Positions 1-64,000 of a stretch of 64,000 bases of DNA are shown here, one piece after another; position 1 is the stretch's first letter, and each line of letters opens with the position of its first letter. The translations under genes were made by a program, and so were the position numbers. The notes beneath the pieces were generated by a model. That model did no database searches and was not told the origin of the DNA. It saw nothing but the letters and a program-made list of their open reading frames with translations. The stretch is from Lingula anatina (lineage: Eukaryota; Animalia; Brachiopoda). Location: positions 13,202,587-13,266,586 of the forward strand of contig CM120648.1 of the NCBI GenBank assembly GCA_051362555.1. Direction: 5' to 3'.

Positions 1-272
1 TGGTTATCGCACCTTCAAGGGCAATATGACCTAATATTGCTACAGATGTACAAGCATGTTTAATGCAGTGTAATTGCGGTTCCCTGTATATTCTCGAATG
101 AAATCAACAGAAGAAACCTGTGAATTTCTTATTTTTGTCCATTGTTTTGTTCTTGCACGCTGCCCTGGTATACGCAATACACGAATTTTTAAGTGCATTG
201 TCACAACGTTGACTTAAGCGCTGTGGAATAAATGATTTCTTATCTAACTTAATACTTAATTTCTAATTTCAG

Positions 273-431
273 TTGTCCAGGCATACGAGTAATAAAGATG
301 AAGATCGTTTCCTAGGGGGAAATAACAACAGTTCAAATGAACTTCTAACGGTCAATAATGTGGATGTATGTTATACGAATGCGGTGTACATGTACGGTGA
401 CACTGTCCAGAATGCGCTAGTAGTGAAGTAG
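273..431 (+). CDS. possible terminal exon of a convergent neighbouring gene (LSRHTSNKDEDRF...ALVVK*)
   Basis: ctaac branch-like site plus ttctaatttcag acceptor, then 52 open codons; no homology recognised. Confidence 0.25.
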   Translation: MSRHTSNKDEDRFLGGNNNSSNELLTVNNVDVCYTNAVYMYGDTVQNALVVK

Positions 432-1107
432 TAAAGGACGAGCTGATTAAATGAGAACTCACTTTGATTACTTGGGATCATAGTGCCTACTCAATGTACG
501 TTTGAAACATAACCTATCAAAACTTAAATTGGTACAGACCATTTATATGTATAGGGTGTTTAAAAATATGACGGTGCAAATAGAAATAGTAACTAATTTT
601 ACTGTTTGCGAGATTTCTAAATATTTTGATTAACTTAAAGTATCTGTGCCAGGGTTAAAGGGTTGTAATTACATCAAAGTAGGAATGTTGAATTGATGAA
701 ACGGGGACGATGTGACTGGAATAGTAGTCCTAGAAATGGCATAATCATTGTCCTATTTACATTATTTCTTGGTGATGATGTTTGATTACTTTTTAATGGC
801 TAAAAGACAAGAAGAATGGTTAAGGAATCTAAGATTCTGTCTACGTTTGTAACATTACCCAGCGTACTTAAATCGGTACAAACAATTTTACTGATATTAA
901 TAGGACCTTCTGAACGATGACGGGACGTAGCGAAATGGTTGCTACCCGGTAATTCAAGTTTGCGAGATTTTGAAATATTTTTGATAATCTAAACATTTTA
1001 TGCAGAACAAACTCCATGTCGCTTCTTGAGACATGGATTTTTCCATGGTCTGTAAGGATAATTTCCTCTGTGTTACTATATAATATACGAGTCCATTCAC
1101 AACAGAT

Positions 1108-1298
1108 GATCCGCCGACTAATATGACCGACCCCACTAAAAACAATGCCGCTTAATTCCTGATGGTCTCCCTGCCTCCAGAGGCTCCGAGATTTAACTGC
1201 TAGGCCCCTGCAGCGAAGGCGTGTGTGGAGGCGGGGAGATCATCAGGTAATAAGTCGGCAGTGCTTTTAAGTGAATCGGCCTTATTTAGTTTGCAGAT
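1108..1298. mobile_element. degenerate fold-back element, family C
   Basis: shares gtgtggaggcggggaga and hairpin layout with 55037-55293. Confidence 0.6.
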
Positions 1299-1887
1299 AT
1301 GTTAGTTCACGGATCAAGTTCTTCAGAATGCGTTCTATGGTATACAGTTTTGATCAGTTTACAGATTTTATTTGTACTCCGACGAAAATGGTAAATAGAT
1401 GATTATATCTTATAGGGTCAAATGTTTGCAGAAGTTAAGTGTCCTTGGTACCGGGTATAGAAGTGGCCGAAAGCTCGGATTGTATTTAACAACTATAATG
1501 TAGATCTTTCAAGGTGCATCAATATATATACTTCTATTTTTATCAAGATCTATACGGTGAATTAACATGGTACCGGGTATAACACATTAAAATTGTATTA
1601 CCTTGAAATTTGAGTTGTATGTTAATTCATACATGTATCATTAGTAGAACAAAGTGAATAAATCCTGGCCAAATCTAAACAACTTGGGATATGTGAACTT
1701 CGATTTATTTTCATATCTTCTATAAGATTTTAAAAGTTACCGTTCCATTTTGTTCATCTCGACCTCAGTGTCGCCAGTCGTGATTCTTGGGATATTGGGC
1801 TGAAGGCTTTCACCCGCATAAAATGAAATTTTACAGTCAATGCAGTTGAATCTTATTTTACAAAAGTGACTTCTCTATTATTCGATA

Positions 1888-2265
1888 CTGTTACCTCCTG
1901 GTTCCCAGTCTAGCACGCTATCGGTTTCTCTATTCCCCCAAACAACCTCTCTGAATTTTGGGTCTTCTCTTTCTAGTTATGGGACGAATATTCTTTTTTT
2001 TCTGCAAAATGCGACTTCCCTGGGAATCGATCCTGTCACCTTCTGCTTCCCAGACTAGCACGCTATCGGTTTCTCTATTACCCCAACCACCCTCCCTAAA
2101 CTTTGGATCTTCCCTTTGTAGTTATGGGATGAATATTCTATTTTTTTCTGTAAAATGCGACTTCCCTGAAATTCGATCCTGTCACCTTCTGGTTCTTAGT
2201 CTAGCACGTTACCGATTCCTCTATTCCCCCAACCACCCTCCCTAAACTTTCGATCTTCCCTTTAT
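1888..2265. repeat. ~145-bp diverged tandem repeat, ~2.6 copies
   Basis: ctgtcaccttctg..ctagcacg..ctctatt.cccc recurs at ~1888, 2033, 2179. Confidence 0.85.
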
Positions 2266-2461
2266 AGTTAAAGATAGCAAAGACATACTTATGACAAATT
2301 TCAAGAAAAAATCTCATCGATAAGAGGCACTGGCTATAAATTTGTATTCCAAAGTGGCAAAAATTGTACCACAAAAATTTTGTCCAGAAACACATTAGAG
2401 AACCATTCTTGAAGAAAAATATTGAAGAACTCGCAGATGTTTCTTGCTGGACAGCAATGCT

Positions 2462-2467
2462 TTTATT
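2462..2467 (-). terminator. candidate distal poly(A) signal AATAAA (would give a ~3.9-kb 3' UTR; another at 4031-4036)
   Basis: tttatt on the + strand; motif only. Confidence 0.3.
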
Positions 2468-5400
2468 CAGAAGACTACACGTATCAGTTCACATATTCTA
2501 TATCTTTTTGTAAACACAGTGATAACCAGAGAAGTCAAATGAAGTACTGTAGGCATGTGTATACTAAAAATGCAGAAACGTTTTGTCTCGAAAAAATTAG
2601 TAAGGTACTCTCAAAGTAAATTTTTGTACGTCACATGCGTAATAATATATTCTCCAATCAGAGACCGTTAACCTTAACTGCAACACGTATACTTTCGCAT
2701 TTTCCTTTGCGTGGAAAACACGAACTTTGGGAACTTTTGGTTGATAAGCCTCCGTGAAGAAAGTACATTAAAACGCCATTACCCTTCAATTAAGCACACT
2801 GTGCATACAACTAAAACTTTGTATTTTCACCTTGTTTACATATAAAAACTCTCCAAAGTATTAAATGTTCAGATAAGGTGTTAGCTAATACCTCCTATAC
2901 GAGGGTCATGTTTTCTGTTACATGAATACTACTATCTCTTTACTGTGGCGTTTGAACAGAACATTGCACATAGCTCAGATAGGAATATCTCTACATAGAC
3001 ACTGCAGACGTAAAAATGGCAATATGCAGCAAAAATGTAACCGAATAAAAAGATTTGAGCAAAAATGTCGTACATAAATACCCAGTAACTGTCAAGTCAA
3101 AATAAGAACCTTCTTCATGAATTGTCACATCACAGAATAAGGCCCTTTGAAAATACAAATCCATGTTTCAATTTTTAAAATAATTAAAGTAAGAAGAAAT
3201 TTACATCATTGTTCAATGGAAACCGCATAAATCGCCCCAACCCCCGAACCCATTTTAAATATTTCCTAAATGATAACCGAAACCTTAATCTCTGATGACT
3301 TAAAACATCCAGGACACACTATAACCTGCAGTGAATATCAATCAGTATTTTCTTGGTAAATCCAGCCAAAGTTTTGTAAACAATGTTGATAAAAGACATT
3401 TGTCATTTTTTGAATAAAAAATTACCTTTATCATATAACCCACCTCAAAAGATGAAAGCTTTGAAATACTTACAATATTAAAGAGATTGATAAAACTAAA
3501 TACATTTTTTACATCAGGCTTGTTGAGAAAAGAGGTAAGCACCAATAAAAATATAAAACAGACTAAGATACATCTTAACACTTGCGTAAGAGACTAAAAT
3601 AACACAGACAGTACTAAGAAACAATTCATACTATTCGTCAGCACTGTCCTCTACAATCTATTGTACAATAACTTGATTTGCACATTGCCTCTGATGAAAA
3701 ACTATTAAAATCTAAAGACTAACAAAATCTACTAGCTTGTTTAACTAATAATATGGCTTAATTTGAGGCCTGCTCATTTTTGTTCAGTTTTCCATTATCC
3801 TTTCACATGCTCCGCACCAGTGAAAGCCATATACTATGACCTATACTAACACATACACACAATTTAATAACTATCTCATTTTTGACAGCTGGTGTCTCAA
3901 ACCAAATAGACACTGTATGTGTATTGACATAACCATGTGTTGAATAGATAATATGGGGCAGTCATCCTATACTGTATTTTGGTAATGGAATGAGAAAATC
4001 ATCAACCGTTACATAAAAACAAATGATCAATTTATTAAATCTTGTATGGAAATCTTTCGCTTGTAATTGGGCCAAGTTTTCACAGTCCTTCCCACACATG
4101 ATATGCATTCTATGCAATAGCTGGTGAGTCCGTGTAACGGTATAAGAGGAAAGAGTTCCTCTACTATTTCAATTAAATAACCTAACGCCATTCTTTATAC
4201 TGACATAAGAGAATGATTATGACTTGGCTAATCATCAGTATTTTCTCTTCACTGTACCTAGAACAGTTATTGTGGTTATTATATGTACATTATTACAACA
4301 GTATTAATAAGTGATACAACAAAAAATCTATACACAAATATCACAATAAACTACAAGAAATCTGGTTTCTTCAAACTATACATTTATACAACTGTTTTGA
4401 GTAAAATAAGCTTTTTAGCACTGATGTTATTGTGATTCTCTCTCCTCCAGATGAGACTTTGAAACTGGCATCAGGATGCTCAGCACACACACACTACTGT
4501 TGTTTCAAAATAATCAGAGACCATTTTTTAAATCTTGTACATTCAAAATTCTATCTTCAGATGAATTGCAAGTTTGCATGATGAAACATATTGAAAGATC
4601 ATAACTTCATTATCTTTGCTGTTGCATTTGGGCATGTTAAAGCCTGAGAAAGGGTTAGACAAATCCAAAGTTCCAAATGGCCATGTTTAGCTATAATTAG
4701 TGTCTGAACTGAGCATCTGAGCCTTCAAAGTCAACCGGTGGAGCAAGTGACATCACACACAAAATACTTTGCAAATCAATAGCTAGCAAATACACAAGCT
4801 GTGTACCTTGAAACTGAGGTATAATTTTTCAAAATGTCTCTTATATTTATGTACTCACACTATCATAGGTGAATAATTTTACATGACATTTCAATTTTTT
4901 TCAAACAGAATCATGATTTTGTCCAATCACATGCCTGCTTATTTTCTATTATGTTTCTGCCAACCAATCGTGCCAGAAAGTGGCACGACACCAATGTCTA
5001 AAACCAAAACATCTCCCCATTTTAAAAGATAAATTAATGCATTAGAAAGAAATGGACCATTTGGATGTTCTATCTGACCATTGTGACCAATAAGATTTTC
5101 TGAAACTAATCAATCAGCTGAAAATTCAAACTAACCAAATAAGGAGAGAATTAAGCCAATGGCAGGCAATGGCACATATCACACATGGCAGACAAAACAA
5201 ATCTTATGTGTAACTCCCAAACATCCAGAAGCACAACAAATACTGACATGCTTTATATGATGATAAATATACACAAATATCCTCTTTATGTATAGTAACA
5301 CCAGTCAAAAGACAACTGATATAACTCCAATGAGACATTAATATCATATGATATGATAGAATAATAATTATTTTGTCTTTTTTTGTGATGTTAAGCATGT

Positions 5401-6340
5401 CATATTGTAAGTTGACATTTTTGCAAGTTCTTTGCATTGTTGCTGCATTACTGAAGTAATCCAGAATCTAGTGAAAGATAAAGGGGGAAATTATCATTTA
5501 TTTTGTTCAGTTTCTTGTAGTCTATGCCAGCTGAAGTTCTACGGTACCTTGATCTCCTTGGTAACATCCTACCATTATATCAAGAATAAATGCAGGTTGC
5601 TCTACTATGAAACTTTTCCTAAAATTGCTGCAAAATTTCCAGTACCTTCTACATGTACAAAACCAAAGAACGCATTGTCCTTCAACCATAATCCAGATCT
5701 GCTGTAAAAGTTCCATGTGTAGAGGGTGCCACTGTTTTTCCTGGCACAAGTGTATAGATGGCGCTGCAGGTGCTCTCCTTAGTCCTGTCCCAAGAAAATC
5801 CTTCCATTCAAATTTCAATATCCTCATATGCACATATACCTGGTGGTAACAGTGTTCTGTTCACTATTTAGTCACAAAAATTGTGAATCCACAAAACCCG
5901 CTTCCTTTATCTGCCTTTATCGCTGCTGTTGCTCTCAAAGAAAGCACCGCAATCAATCGTGAAAGATGGTGCTGCAATAGCTTTCACAAGACAGACCATG
6001 AAGTGCACCTTTAGCTGGGGTGAATCAAGTACATTTGCACTTTTAAAAGTGATGTGAAAATCCTGTTGATTTTTGAAAATAACCTTTATACACATGTCTC
6101 CACTGCAGATGGGGCTGCAGGTTGCCCTCATCAAAAAACGTCTTATTACTTGCACCTTGAAATGTTGAGACTATGGTGAATTTTCTTAAGTCTTGATGGG
6201 AATTTTCTTGATCTACATGGGAATTTTCAGCTCCTGATATGTGCTTATAGAGATATTTTCTTTAAAATAGAGTATCCCCTTGTGTTGTTTTGAGAATCAG
6301 TTTTTTTTTATGAAAAATTCTGAAAATGGCACTTCTCAGT

Positions 6341-61368
<55,028 letters not shown>

Positions 61369-61520
61369 GGTCTGAAATTGGGGAAAAAATCTAATGTAGT
61401 TTGTAAATTACTAATTTCAAGATAAAAAGATATGTTGAATTGTTTCTGAGAACTACGTTATGTTTGTAATACCTGAAAAAATGTCAAGAGGAATTTCCAA
61501 TTTCACAGTAAGGTGATTAA

Positions 61521-61732
61521 GACAGGGTTCCCACAGATTTGGATTGACCTAACTCCCTGGGGGTTCACGCTAAATTGCTGTCAGCTTCCAGGAGCCGAGC
61601 GCTCACAAAAGTTTATTACCCCCTTACAGCTTTCAGTAGGCGGGACAGACATTTAAGCCAATTAAGCTGACAGCAATCTAATGAGACTCTACAGGGGGAT
61701 AGATCGATCTAAATATCTGTGGGAATGGTCTC
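61521..61732. mobile_element. MITE family A copy
   Basis: gacagggttcccacagattt...atatctgtgggaatggtctc; TAA TSD. Confidence 0.85.
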
Positions 61733-62182
61733 TAAGTTAAAATAGGTGTCCCTCTTAGTACTGAATTTAAATCTAATATATCAAGACATGGTTAGGAGGT
61801 TGGAATATATGCAGTGCCCAAAAGTTGAAAGATATCTAGTATTCAAAAGCCAAATCCTCTCACTGTGACTCAGAACCATGGCCAAAGCATATATAACAAG
61901 TGAATCACAGCAAGTGGCACTTAGTCGAGTCACCTGACTTATACTTAACATTTCTTTTCTAGCATTTTTCATTCTGCCGAAGCCATTTTAAAAAAAATTT
62001 AAGCTTCAAAACAACAAATGGCATTTGCAAAATCATTCAACAGCGACTAAAATACTTTCCATCTTTAAAAATATCTTGAAGAAACCAATGAAAAAAGTTA
62101 TATCATTATATGTAATATTACAATGGATCAAACTGGAGTCTTAAGTTTAAATCATTGGATTCTAAAAGTCTTTCATCCTTAC

Positions 62183-62297
62183 CTCAGTTCTGTGTGATAA
62201 AAATGTGCTCTTGTTGTGCTGAGTAAAAAGTGAAACTTTAAAATGAGTTGGAAACGATCTTCATGTTTTGGTCTTCATCTTGTTGCTTTCATTGTAA
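62183..62297 (-). other. candidate non-coding 5' UTR exon of unc-104 with three short uORFs
   Basis: ttttcctttcag acceptor, GAG|gtaagg donor, all three frames closed. Coding exon 1 starts with an acceptor, so upstream UTR exons must exist. Confidence 0.55.
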
Positions 62298-63503
62298 CTG
62301 AAAGGAAAATAATTTTTTATCAAGTTTTATTGCTAATTAAATGTTTTTATAAGAAAATTGATATCACGATGAATGAATGAAAGAATGAATGAATGTATAT
62401 TATTTGTCTTTGTCTAAGCAAATTTGCATGTTTGAAGATTCAATTCTACAAGTGACTGCGCTTGTGTGACCGCACACGAGGGGTCTCTGTATTAGTATAT
62501 ATGTGATACGTGTCTTAGTATTATTGCGAAAAAAAGACGTCATCGGCCTACAAAACATACACTGTACTACGCACACAGTTACAATACACAGGAAGATCAC
62601 AACAGAATAGAATTTGCATCCATCACCACCCATATATAACCTTTCAAATACCATACAAGACGGCCATCACTCCATTTTCATAATGAAAAAGGTGACAACT
62701 TTCCTTTAATACCTTGAAGTAATGAGAAGATGGCATGCTGTAAGGCGCGTATATATATATTCAGAAATGCCAGCGGGATTCAAATCATTCATCAAAACAT
62801 GACATGTCACATGAACATGCTTTCACTTTGTAAGATGAAGGCAAAAAGGAGTTCAATCTACTGAACATGTATCAGTAAATCATGGCTAATACAATGACTC
62901 GTGCAGGGTCTAGTATCCAGGAAACAAAAACATTCACAATATTTGGCAACAGACAACAGAACATAATTGCTGGGGTAGCGCTAACACTCCGTGACTCGCC
63001 AATTTAGCCAAATGCTAAAACTGCCTTTAATTGGCTAAAGAAAAAGGGCTTGATTTGGCATGTTTTAGCCAAGTTATAACCATTTTGATAAAACATCGAC
63101 AAAAATGTGGTGATTTGGCTAAGCGAAAAAAATTGCTAGTGCTACCCAGAATCGGCATACTAGTAGTTACTTATTCAATCAATGTGTCTCTTGTATATAT
63201 AATACAAAACATGATAATACAAAAGGTAGCACCTAAGAGGGAAGTTGGTTTTAACTCTAGGACAAAAATCTCAGTGCACTCCGATCTACACTAAATATGG
63301 AGAAGCCTAACTAAATTAGTGTCACTCTTAGTCTTAAAACTAGAGCATTCCTACTTTTTTGTAAAAGAAAAATTCAAGTACATGTAGATACATAGTGATT
63401 TATTCTGTTTAAAATCCAAACCACAACCACTACCCAATCCCAACAGTTAAACAGTTTATCTGTCTCTATATATTTGATTACTCTCACTATGTTACTGTCA
63501 GCA

Positions 63504-63783
63504 TCTATCTCCATTCACATCCTCAGTACATCACCTCCAATTTTCATAACTTTATGTTTTCTATCTCCATTCTCATCCTCAATACATCACCTCCAATTTT
63601 CATAACTTTATGTTTTCTATCTCCATTCTCATCCTCAATACATCACCTCCAATTTTCATAACTTTATGTTTTCTATCTCCATTCTCATCCTCAATACATC
63701 ACCTCCAATTTTCATAACTTTATGTTTTCTATCTCCATTCTCATCCTCAATACATCACCTCCAATTTTCATAATTTTATGTTT
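63504..63783. repeat. 56-bp minisatellite, 5 copies
   Basis: ctatctccattctcatcctcaatacatcacctccaattttcataactttatgtttt. Confidence 0.95.
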
Positions 63784-64000
63784 GTAAACACAGTATCATT
63801 AAGTCAATAACACAATGGCAATCAACTGGCAAAAATGTCTAATACAAATAATTTACCACTCTGTCTTTGAGGTAAACGCTAATTGAGGACTTCATGTGTC
63901 TGGCTTCTTCTTAATTGAATAACAGCTGTCATATAATTGAACAGTACACGGAACAATTAAAATATGGTTAAGATTACAAAAGAAAGCGACCGTCTTGTAT

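Overview
AT-rich animal genomic DNA, probably an invertebrate; the species cannot be determined from the sequence. Almost the whole window is one minus-strand kinesin-3 gene, the unc-104/KIF1A-KIF1B orthologue. I traced it by hand as 42 core coding exons from ATG 61368 to TGA 6341. All have GT-AG boundaries and consistent phases, giving 5001 nt and about 1666 aa (motor, K-loop, CC1-FHA, CC2, stalk, C-terminal PH). There are also four frame-preserving candidate cassette exons (12, 54, 69, 150 nt), a candidate 5' UTR exon with three chained uORFs, and a long candidate 3' UTR. The introns carry several non-autonomous DNA-transposon (MITE) families. The most unusual feature is repeated amplification of the gene's own splice junctions. 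A 23 x 30-bp array consists of in-frame copies of one 3' splice site and is stop-free in the exon frame. A 5 x ~47-bp array copies an exon end plus its 5' splice site. A duplicated acceptor plus exon start differs from the real exon only at synonymous sites. A MITE sits inside a GTAAG donor without destroying it. Most entries in the ORF track are not genes.
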